From NCBI GenBank assembly GCA_031265685.1, contig JAISCI010000102.1:339-64338 (forward strand): a DNA stretch of 64,000 nucleotides, in the 5' to 3' direction. Below are positions 9,173 through 16,935 of this stretch, one piece after another. Below the pieces are notes generated by a model that saw only the letters and a list, made by a program, of their open reading frames with translations, was not told where the DNA came from and made no database searches. Made by a program: the position numbers and the translations under genes. Every line of letters begins with the position of its first letter. Positions within the stretch are counted from its first letter, which is position 1. The stretch comes from Clostridiales bacterium. Lineage in GTDB: Bacteria; Bacillota; Clostridia; Lachnospirales; WRAX01.

Positions 9173-10117
9173 TTAATTCTCAATGGGATACGGCGTCGCG
9201 CCCATACGCTCCAGTATCTGGATCCAGCGCTCCGGACTGTCAACTTTCTCCATCTCGTCTTGGGTTATGCCGTGGTTTGCCGGGCTGTATTTGCTCGTGA
9301 TCGTCCTCCACACCTCGCCTTTCCAGCTCTCCATAACCGACGGAGCCGGAACGGTCGAATCATCTTCCACGAACACGAAGCGCCGCGCGGAGGGGTCATA
9401 TCTGTAGACCGCGCGGTCCGCGCCGCGTAGTACGGGTCTATAGTCAAGATTAAAATCCGTCCAGTATGTCACCACGACGGAGACACCGTCCGGTGAGTTG
9501 CCGAGCGACGAGCGCGACTGAATATCCATATCCGCCCAGATCGGCGTTTCCCCACCGCCCGACGCGAAGATTGTGGAGTAACCGCCGGACTCGTACTGCA
9601 ACGCCTGACTTCCGTCCACATTATACCATATCTCTCCGTCGACGCTGACTCCCGAGCCGTGCGCCAACTCTCCCTCAACGACAAGCCAGCACGCCTCGCC
9701 GTAGTCTCCGGAGCGAACGTCGTAGCGCGGCTTATCGCGCTCGCTTCGGATCACCAGACCGGACAGGTTCCAATCTTCGCCGTAGCCGCGCTCATATATA
9801 AGGAAGGTATACGCGTGGCCGCGAGCGATGAACACGACCGATACGTTCTTGCGCCAGAAAGCGTAGTCGCGCCGCTCCAATTCATGGAACGCCGCGCTCT
9901 CACCCAACTCCGCTTCCGGGAACCGCTTCGCGAATTCGTCCGTGAACTGGCCGGGGAAATAAAACAGCGCGTCCAGCCCGCCTATCGCCGACATGAGCGC
10001 ATCCATGACGCTGTCCGGCGTGCCGAGAATCGGAGGGGCGGAAGGTTCCGGAACCGGCGCGCAGCCAGCCAGCGCCAGACACAAAACGACGATTATCAGC
10101 GGACGCAACTCAGTCAC
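9173..10117 (-). CDS. lipoprotein, function unknown
   Basis: The track ORF reaches 10216, but its first 33 aa are encoded by a palindromic repeat. A GTG at 10117 gives VTELRPLIIVVLCLALAGC (signal peptide plus lipobox). The start is uncertain. Confidence 0.6.
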   Translation of the reverse strand: MTELRPLIIVVLCLALAGCAPVPEPSAPPILGTPDSVMDALMSAIGGLDALFYFPGQFTDEFAKRFPEAELGESAAFHELERRDYAFWRKNVSVVFIARGHAYTFLIYERGYGEDWNLSGLVIRSERDKPRYDVRSGDYGEACWLVVEGELAHGSGVSVDGEIWYNVDGSQALQYESGGYSTIFASGGGETPIWADMDIQSRSSLGNSPDGVSVVVTYWTDFNLDYRPVLRGADRAVYRYDPSARRFVFVEDDSTVPAPSVMESWKGEVWRTITSKYSPANHGITQDEMEKVDSPERWIQILERMGATPYPIEN

Positions 10118-10124
10118 CCCAACA

Positions 10125-10222
10125 AATTTTCGCGTAACAAAAGCTCGCTTCGCGTTATCGCGTGACGGAATTTTGCTTGGGCGAAGTTTGTTTAGGTTCA
10201 CGCGAAATTCGCCCAAGCAGAC
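10125..10222. repeat. family-B composite palindrome (GAATTTTGC / TTATCGCGTGA motifs)
   Basis: aaattttcgcgtaac...gttatcgcgtgac ggaattttgcttgggcgaa ... ttcacgcg aaa ttcgcccaagca. The inverted repeats are interleaved. Confidence 0.65.
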
Positions 10223-10489
10223 TTCCGTAGATGTTCAGTAATCATTATAATCCCTTTCGGTTCGGAACGCAACGCAAAATTCATTTATCTATTTTATAAA
10301 CGTGTTTCATTGCGGCCGCCTGGAATCCATATTATTAGTATAAAGCGGTCATAACGGAGGTTTTCCTATATATCGTCCTGTATTGAGGGGAGGTTCGCGG
10401 GTCGGGCTGGCGGAGTGAAATATTGTAAATTATATCTTTTCACAGCTTCGTTATCTCGAATATACTGCTTATTATGCCATCACCTTCCC

Positions 10490-10511
10490 CGCGCCGATTG
10501 GCGCGCTTTTT
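10490..10511 (+). terminator. possible orphan rho-independent terminator
   Basis: cgcgcc-gatt-ggcgcg stem followed by cTTTTT. I see no convincing upstream ORF. Confidence 0.35.
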
Positions 10512-10760
10512 AATTACAGCGTGTTTGGATGTATCTGGCAATACGCCGAGGTTTCCGCCTCCCTTTCCCTGTTAAGACTTGCTTCAATCTTGCAGATACT
10601 CCGAATCAAGTGAAGATAAAAACTTTTTAACAATCCCTTGCAGCCGCTTGAATATTGCGGGCTGTCTGTGGTAAGATGGTTTAAGACGGATTAGCGCCTA
10701 AAACCATTGCAATACCTGTTTGGGTATTTATCAATGACCTGAACACGAATTATTTTTGTT

Positions 10761-10770
10761 GGGGGGGGGG
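10761..10770 (+). repeat. G10 homopolymer occupying the Shine-Dalgarno position of the XRE gene
   Basis: ttgtt-GGGGGGGGGG-c-ATG. The run ends 1 nt before the ATG at 10772. Confidence 0.9.
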
Positions 10771-10771
10771 C

Positions 10772-11107
10772 ATGTCCATCAACAGCAGAATAATTGATGG
10801 GTTGGAATCCCGCAACCTGAAGCAAAGAGAACTCTGTGCGGCTATCGGCATAGCTGCGTCCGCTCTGAACAACTGGCTTAAGCTCGGAAGGAGTATTCCA
10901 TCCGAATATATAATCCCTATATCCAAATTTATAGAGGTGAACATCCACTGGATGCTGACCGGCGAAGGCGAGATGAGCCGGAACGCCGCCGCGCGGCCTG
11001 TTATTGATGCGCCATCCCCCGAAGAATCCGCCGAACTGCGCCGCTATTTCGACCGTCTGCCCGCTTTCAGCGTGGCAAAGGGTGGCTTATGCCCAATTGC
11101 TGGCTGA
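10772..11107 (+). CDS. XRE-family helix-turn-helix transcriptional regulator
   Basis: 111 aa. LKQRELCAAIGIAASALNNWLKLGRSIPSEYIIPISKFIEVNIHWMLTGEG is a phage-repressor-like HTH_3. Confidence 0.8.
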   Translation: MSINSRIIDGLESRNLKQRELCAAIGIAASALNNWLKLGRSIPSEYIIPISKFIEVNIHWMLTGEGEMSRNAAARPVIDAPSPEESAELRRYFDRLPAFSVAKGGLCPIAG

Positions 11108-11216
11108 TGAGGCCACGGAGTGAAGCGCGCCTCACCCGCGTTTCCGTTTTGGCTCCCAGTTGCTCGAAAGATACCGCTCGTTGCCTTTGCGCCCTTCGCG
11201 CCATTGTGCAGCAAGG

Positions 11217-11305
11217 GATTTTGCGTGACAGAATTTTGCGTAAATCGAAGCATTATCATGTGGTTCAAATGAAAATGCTATGCAAACTTCAGTCACGCAA
11301 ACTTC
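11217..11305. repeat. family-B long element (60-nt core 11231..11290) nested in a GATTTTGCGTGAC/GTCACGCAAACTTC stem
   Basis: gattttgcgtgac a [gaattttgcg taaatcgaagc attatcatg tggttcaaat gaaaatgc tat gcaaacttc] a gtcacgcaaacttc. Confidence 0.7.
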
Positions 11306-11394
11306 AGTGGCGCAAGCCCCACGCCGAGGCTTGCTGCGGTTATGGTCTTACCCACGCCGCCTTTTCCCATGTCAATAAAGATTGTTTTGCCCAT
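11293..11394 (-). pseudogene. ParA/MinD-type ATPase, N-terminal 29-33 codons only
   Basis: GGAGGA-N7-ATG, then MGKTIFIDMGKGGVGKTITAASLGVGLAPLKFA-stop. It has the deviant Walker A KGGVGKT. The reading frame runs into the repeat at 11217..11305, which supplies the last codons and the TGA. Confidence 0.6.
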
Positions 11395-11770
11395 TATGGT
11401 TTCCTCCTTCATTTTCGGGGCAAAACTTTTAGCGTTTCAGCCCCATTTTGGTTCGGGAATAGAATGGAAAAAGAATAATGCCAAACCCGCAAACCCTTGA
11501 TATTGCTGGGTTCTTGGATTTAGCGTTATTATGCCATAAGGGCGGCCAAAAAGCGCGGCGGTCAGGCAAGTGGCGGAAATGTCGAGCGGCAAATGCATCT
11601 GTCTGTATTGCGTAAACGGATTTATGTTGTCTATGAGAGCGTTCCGTATGTATGATTGTTAATCGCGCATATGGAACGTTTTTTCATTCATCCGACAGCG
11701 AAAAAAGTTGTTACTACGCGTAAAAATTTTTGAAGCTCTTGATAAACGTTTACGGCGACTCCCCATTAAC

Positions 11771-11799
11771 TTGACAAATTCCCGGAAACCATATAAGAT
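11771..11799 (+). promoter_or_regulatory. sigma-70-type promoter of the Rrf2-met cluster
   Basis: TTGACA (11771-76), 17 nt spacer, TAAGAT (11794-99), located 33 nt upstream of the ATG at 11832. Confidence 0.55.
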
Positions 11800-11831
11800 A
11801 TACAATAATATCGGCAAAAGGGGCGGTAAAT

Positions 11832-12272
11832 ATGCGTATTTCGGCAAAAGCGCGGTACGCGCTCGCCTGCGCGGTGACGTTGGCGCGAAAATTCGATACC
11901 GGGGATTTCGTCACTGCGGTCAGCTTGGCGGACGACCTCCAAATATCCAAGATATACTTGGAGCAGGTTTTCGCCCTTCTCAAACGCGCCGGGGTAGTCG
12001 TCTCCAGCAAGGGCGCCGGCGGCGGGTACCGGCTTTCGGATCGGCCTGCCGCGCTCACGGCTCTCGACGTGCTCTCCGCGACGGACGCTCTTCTGACCGA
12101 GAGCGCCGAGGAGACCGTGGCGCGGACGGCGCCGGGGATTGAGACCGTCATGCGCGGTATGGTGTTCGACGCGATGGACCGCGCGATCGCCGAGGCGTTA
12201 GGCGGCGTGACGCTGCAAGCGCTGGCGGAGACGGCCGCCGGGCTTGACGGCGAGTATATGTACTATTTATAG
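11832..12272 (+). CDS. Rrf2-family transcriptional regulator
   Basis: 146 aa. MRISAKARYALACAVTLA...SLADDLQISKIYLEQVFALLKRAGVVVSSKGAGGGYRL. Confidence 0.9.
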   Translation: MRISAKARYALACAVTLARKFDTGDFVTAVSLADDLQISKIYLEQVFALLKRAGVVVSSKGAGGGYRLSDRPAALTALDVLSATDALLTESAEETVARTAPGIETVMRGMVFDAMDRAIAEALGGVTLQALAETAAGLDGEYMYYL

Positions 12273-13975
12273 TGGGTGATGAAATGACGCGTATTTTCGA
12301 CGGCGCTTTCGGGACGTATTTCGCGGAGATCGGCGGGGACTGCCTGCCATGCGAGGCGGCAAACCTGTCCGCGCCCGAGTCCGTCCGCGCCGTCCACCGG
12401 GAGTACCGGGCGGCGGGGGCGGATTGCCTTCTTACCAACACGTTCGCGGCTAATCCCGACGTGTTTCCGAACGCGGACGAGCTGTCCGCCGTGATTCGCG
12501 CGGGATACGCGCTGGCGCGGGAAGAATCCGCCGGAGCGCGGGTGTTCGCGAGTATCGGGCCGATAGCCGGCGACGGGGAGTATGCCCGCGTCGCGTTTTA
12601 TTTTTTGTCCGCCGGAGCGGACGCGTTCATGTTCGAGACCCTGCCGGATTTGACGGGTATCGCCGAAGCCGCGCGGCAAATAAAGTCCGTGCGGCCCGAC
12701 GCGACGGTCTCCGTGTCATTCGCGGTCGGCCCGGACGGCACATCGCGGACGGGAGCGGATTTTCGGCAGCTCGTCCTCGCCGCCGCCGACTGCCCTCACG
12801 TGGACATAGTCGGCCTGAACTGCGTCTGCGGCCCGACGCACATGCTGAAAATGGCTCCGGCGCTCGCTGGCGTCCGAAAGCCGCTGTGCCTCCGCCCGAA
12901 CGCCGGTTATTCCGCGGCGCGCGGCGGGGCGACCGGCTTCACGCAGAACGCGGACTACTTCGCGGCGCGCCTGGCCGAGCTGGCCGCCCTGCCCGTCATG
13001 AAAAACGGATATGTCGGCGGTTGCTGCGGCACGACGCCCGCGCACATCCGCGGCGTTGTCCGCGCGATAGCAGCGGGCGCGGGTTCGCCGGGATGGCGCC
13101 GGACGGGGCGGGTTCGAGCGCCGGGCGCGGCGCGTCTGCCGTCCAAACCGATCGCCGTTGAGCTTGATCCGCCCTCGGACGCGGACATATCCCCGCTGAT
13201 TTCCGGCGCGAACCGACTGAAAGCGTGCGGCGCCACGACGATAACTCTGTCGGACTCGCCGCTGGCGCGGTCCCGCGCGGACAGCTTCCTGACGGCGGTA
13301 AAGCTGAAGGCCGAGACGTCCATGGACGTACTGCCGCACATCACGTGCCGCGACCGCAATCTTAACGCCGTGCGCGGCGCGGTGCTGGGCGCGTCGTTCT
13401 TCGGCGTCAACAAGGTGCTGTGTGTGACGGGCGACCCGTCGTCCTTCGCCGACGCGAGAAACCTGCGCGACGTGTACCATTTCTCGTCCGCAGACATGAT
13501 CCGGTTCGTCGGCGAGCTTAACGCCGGGGCGCTTTCGCGCCGGCCCGTCACGATAGGCGCGGCACTCAACGTCAACGCGGCGAACTTCGACGCGGAGCTT
13601 CGGCGCGCGAAGCGCAAAGCCGACGGCGGCGCGACTATGTTTTTCACGCAGCCGATTTTCTCGGAGCGCGGCGCGGCTAACCTTCGGGCGGCGAAGGAAG
13701 AGCTTGGCGTTATGATCTTCGCCGGCATAATGCCTGTCGCGGGGTATCGCAACGCGCTGTTTCTCGCGAACGAGGTGCCGGGGATAGAGATACCCGATCG
13801 GCTGATCGCGTCGCTTGAAGGGCTTAGCCGCGACGCCGCGCTGGACATATCCCTGGCTTACGCCGCCGAGACCGTCGCCGAATGCTGCGACGACGCCTCC
13901 GGCTTCTATCTGATGACGCCGATACGGCGCGTCGATCTGATCGAGGGCCTGATCGGAAGGTGTTTCGATGTTTGA
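12272..13975 (+). CDS. bifunctional homocysteine S-methyltransferase / 5,10-methylenetetrahydrofolate reductase (YitJ-like)
   Basis: 567 aa. The N-terminal Hcy-binding domain has Zn-ligand cysteines (GLNCVCGP, GGCCGTTPAHI). The C-terminal MetF domain has PHITCRDRN and VLCVTGD. The start may be the ATG at 12284. Confidence 0.85.
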   Translation: MGDEMTRIFDGAFGTYFAEIGGDCLPCEAANLSAPESVRAVHREYRAAGADCLLTNTFAANPDVFPNADELSAVIRAGYALAREESAGARVFASIGPIAGDGEYARVAFYFLSAGADAFMFETLPDLTGIAEAARQIKSVRPDATVSVSFAVGPDGTSRTGADFRQLVLAAADCPHVDIVGLNCVCGPTHMLKMAPALAGVRKPLCLRPNAGYSAARGGATGFTQNADYFAARLAELAALPVMKNGYVGGCCGTTPAHIRGVVRAIAAGAGSPGWRRTGRVRAPGAARLPSKPIAVELDPPSDADISPLISGANRLKACGATTITLSDSPLARSRADSFLTAVKLKAETSMDVLPHITCRDRNLNAVRGAVLGASFFGVNKVLCVTGDPSSFADARNLRDVYHFSSADMIRFVGELNAGALSRRPVTIGAALNVNAANFDAELRRAKRKADGGATMFFTQPIFSERGAANLRAAKEELGVMIFAGIMPVAGYRNALFLANEVPGIEIPDRLIASLEGLSRDAALDISLAYAAETVAECCDDASGFYLMTPIRRVDLIEGLIGRCFDV

Positions 13976-14564
13976 TCCGTCGGACAATTCGGATATTGAA
14001 TCGTATATAAGAAAGTTAGATAAAATATTAACGTTAAAATCGGTGTGGCGCGAGTCGGCGGTCCGGCTGTCGGACTCGGGGGTATATGCGGACGGGCTGT
14101 TTCTGCCGGGGCGGGACATCGCCCGCTTCCTCGCGAGAGACGAAAGATGTATCCTCGCCGCCGTCACGCTGGGCGCGGAAGCCGACAGGCTCATCGAGTC
14201 GGCGCGGATCGTTTCCGTCTACGAGGGCTACATGACCGACGCGGCGGCTTCCGTTCTTGCCGAGCGGCGGTTAGACGCCTCCGTTCTCGCGGGTTCAGGC
14301 GAGAACGCGGCGGGTTCAGGAAAAAACCGGCCCAGGTTCTCCCCCGGATACGGCGACTTGCCGCTGTCGGTTCAGACGGAGTTTCTCAGCTTCCTCGACG
14401 CCGGCCGGCGGATCGGGCTGTTCGCGTCCCAGGACGGCCTTCTGACCCCGAGGAAATCCATAACGGCGGTTATCGCGAAAAACGCCGCTCCGCCCGGCTG
14501 CGAAACGTGCCGCCTGTCCGGGGATTGCGAACGGAAGAAGAGGGGGATGACCTGTGGATCTTAG
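13968..14564 (+). CDS. stand-alone methionine synthase reactivation (AdoMet-binding) domain protein
   Basis: 198 aa. RFSPGYGDLPLSVQTEFLSFLDAGRRIGL...LLTPRKSITAVIA resembles the MetH C-terminal activation domain. The C-terminus has a Cys cluster, CETCRLSGDC. Confidence 0.75.
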   Translation: MFDPSDNSDIESYIRKLDKILTLKSVWRESAVRLSDSGVYADGLFLPGRDIARFLARDERCILAAVTLGAEADRLIESARIVSVYEGYMTDAAASVLAERRLDASVLAGSGENAAGSGKNRPRFSPGYGDLPLSVQTEFLSFLDAGRRIGLFASQDGLLTPRKSITAVIAKNAAPPGCETCRLSGDCERKKRGMTCGS

Positions 14565-16935
14565 GGAGTACGCTCGCGGGAACATACTGCTGCTCGACGG
14601 CGGGATGGGCACGGAGCTTCAGAAGCTGGGCGCGGCGCCCGGCCAGAACCTGGAAGCCCTCAGCGTCGCGAACCCGGATATGATTTTCGGTGTGCACAAG
14701 GCCTACGCCGACGCCGGGGCGGACGTAATCCTGACAAACACATTCGGGGCGAACCGGCTTAAGCTCGCGCGGACGGGTCTGAATCCCGCCGAGGTGATAG
14801 CCGCCGGCGTCGCTCTGGCGAAGAGAGCGTCGGAGGGCCGCGCGTTCGTCGCCTTGGACGTCGGGCCGCTGGGCGAGCTGCTCTCGCCGAACGGCACGCT
14901 CGGCTTCGGCGAGGCTTACGGGCTGTTCGCGGAGCAGGCGCGGCTGGGCGCGGAAAACGGCGCGGACGCGATATTCGTCGAGACGATGACCGACCTTGGC
15001 GAGGTACGCTGCGCAGTCCTCGCCGCCAAGGAGAACACGGACTTGCCCGTGTTCGCGTCCATGTCGTTCGAGGCCGACGGCAGGACGTTCATGGGGACGC
15101 CGATCTCCGCCGCCGCGCTGACGCTGTCCGGACTGGGTGCGGACTTCGTCGGTCTCAACTGTTCGGTCGGCCCCGCGGAGGCCGCCGCTTTCGCCGAGGA
15201 ATTCGCGAGGTGGACCGACACGCCGGTTACGGTAAAGCCGAACGCGGGGCTTCCGCGCCAGCTGGACGGCAGGACGTTCTACGACGCCACGCCGGAGGAA
15301 TTCGCGCGGAACATGGAGCGTATCGCGCGCGCGGGCGCGGCGGCGGTCGGCGGTTGCTGCGGCACGACGCCCGAATACATCGCTCGGCTGGCCGCCCTTA
15401 TTAAGGGGCTGAAGCCCGCGCGCGTACCGCGGACGTTTCCGGCGGCGGTATGCTCGGCCCTCAAAACGGTCGTTATCGACGGGCCGCGGATGGTCGGCGA
15501 GAGGATAAACCCGACGGGCAAGCCCCGGCTGCGCGAGGCGCTGGCGGCGGGGGACGCCGATGCCGCCGCGCGCGTCGCGCTGCTGCAAATCGGCGCTGGC
15601 GCGGATATTCTCGATGTAAACGTATCCGGCGCGGGCATAGACGAACGGGTGATGATGGCGAAGGTGGCGGCAAAGCTGGCTTCCGTCGCCCCGGCCCCGC
15701 TCATGCTCGATTCCTCCGCCGCCGCCGCGCTTGAGTCGGGACTGCGCGCGTATCCCGGCAAAGCCATAATCAACTCGGTGAACGGGGACGCCGCCAGTCT
15801 GTCGTCCGTACTGCCGCTGGCGCGGAAGTACGGCGGCGCGGTAATCGGCCTGACGCTGAGCGCGGGCGGCATACCAAAGACAGCCGCCGAGCGCGTCGCC
15901 ATAGCCGCGCGGATCGTGTCCGCGTGCGACGAGTACGGCATACCCCGCCGCGACATATTTATCGACTGCCTGACGCTGACGGCGGGCGCGGAGCCGGGTT
16001 CGTCCCGGGAGACGCTGGCCGCGCTGCGCGCGGTCAAGGAGCGATTCGGCGTGGGCGCGGCGCTGGGCGTCTCCAACGTGTCGTTCGGGCTTCCGGCGCG
16101 GGGCAGGCTGAACCAGGCGTTCCTGACGCTGGCGCTCGGCGCGGGGCTGGATCTCGCCATCGTCAACCCGAACGCGCCCGGTACCGCCGAGACTTTCAGC
16201 TGCCACAACCTGCTGATGGGGCGCGCCGGGGCTTCGGAAGAATACGTAGCGCTCTTCGGCGGAGCGCCGAAAGAATCTCCCAGGGAATTGCCCGAGAGCA
16301 AGTCCGCGCCGTCGCTGGCGGAGTGCGTTTCGCTGGGGCTGCGCGGGGAGGCCGCCGCCGCCGCCCGGCGCGAACTTGAGACGCGCGGCGCTATGGAGCT
16401 TATCGACGATGCCGTTATTCCGGCGCTTAACGCTGTCGGGGAGCGGTTCGAGCGCGGGGAGGCGTTTCTGCCGCAGCTTATCGCCGCCGCCGAAGCCGCC
16501 GAGCTTGCCTTCGGGGAGATCCGCGGCAGGCTGTCCGCGGCGGGCGCGCAAAAGGGCGAACCCATCGTGCTGGCGACGGTCAAAGGTGATATTCACGACA
16601 TAGGCAAGAATATCGTCCGCACTATCCTTGGCAACTACGGCTATGACGTGGTGGATCTGGGACGCGACGTGCCGAAGGAGGACGTAGCCGCCGCCGTGGA
16701 GCGGACGGGCGCGCGGCTCGTCGGTCTGTCCGCGCTGATGACGACGACGGTCCGCAACATGGCCGAGACGATCGCGCACCTGCGGTCGATGTGCCCAGGC
16801 GTAAAGGTTATGGTCGGCGGCGCGGTACTGACGGAGGACTATGCCGCCGCGATCGGCGCCGACTATTACGCGAAGGACGCGGTGGCCGGGGTAGGCATAG
16901 CCGAAGCCGCTTTGAGAACGGGAGGTCGGAAATAA
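14554..16935 (+). CDS. metH: methionine synthase (Hcy-, pterin- and B12-binding modules; no fused activation domain)
   Basis: 793 aa. GGCCGTTPEYI (Hcy domain), a pterin-binding region, and the B12-binding DIHDIGKNIV...GLSALMTTT motifs. Confidence 0.95.
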   Translation: MDLREYARGNILLLDGGMGTELQKLGAAPGQNLEALSVANPDMIFGVHKAYADAGADVILTNTFGANRLKLARTGLNPAEVIAAGVALAKRASEGRAFVALDVGPLGELLSPNGTLGFGEAYGLFAEQARLGAENGADAIFVETMTDLGEVRCAVLAAKENTDLPVFASMSFEADGRTFMGTPISAAALTLSGLGADFVGLNCSVGPAEAAAFAEEFARWTDTPVTVKPNAGLPRQLDGRTFYDATPEEFARNMERIARAGAAAVGGCCGTTPEYIARLAALIKGLKPARVPRTFPAAVCSALKTVVIDGPRMVGERINPTGKPRLREALAAGDADAAARVALLQIGAGADILDVNVSGAGIDERVMMAKVAAKLASVAPAPLMLDSSAAAALESGLRAYPGKAIINSVNGDAASLSSVLPLARKYGGAVIGLTLSAGGIPKTAAERVAIAARIVSACDEYGIPRRDIFIDCLTLTAGAEPGSSRETLAALRAVKERFGVGAALGVSNVSFGLPARGRLNQAFLTLALGAGLDLAIVNPNAPGTAETFSCHNLLMGRAGASEEYVALFGGAPKESPRELPESKSAPSLAECVSLGLRGEAAAAARRELETRGAMELIDDAVIPALNAVGERFERGEAFLPQLIAAAEAAELAFGEIRGRLSAAGAQKGEPIVLATVKGDIHDIGKNIVRTILGNYGYDVVDLGRDVPKEDVAAAVERTGARLVGLSALMTTTVRNMAETIAHLRSMCPGVKVMVGGAVLTEDYAAAIGADYYAKDAVAGVGIAEAALRTGGRK

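Noticed and set aside
11480-11831. SAM-I (S-box) riboswitch upstream of the met cluster.
   Set aside because: There are no S-box consensus blocks or a four-way-junction pattern. The promoter lies 33 nt from the Rrf2 ATG, leaving no room for a leader.
14470-16779. 769-aa ORF antisense to metH. Similar long shadow ORFs are at 1874..3133, 4099..5313, 12716..14194, 15279..16583, 30163..31881, 31960..33306, 33863..35107, 35813..36961, 43246..44550, 46472..47731, 52259..53845, 54563..55819 and 57700..58971.
   Set aside because: All lie opposite genes with unambiguous family motifs. They have Arg/Pro/Gly/Ala-dominated low-complexity translations typical of high-GC antisense frames, and no recognisable domains or RBS.
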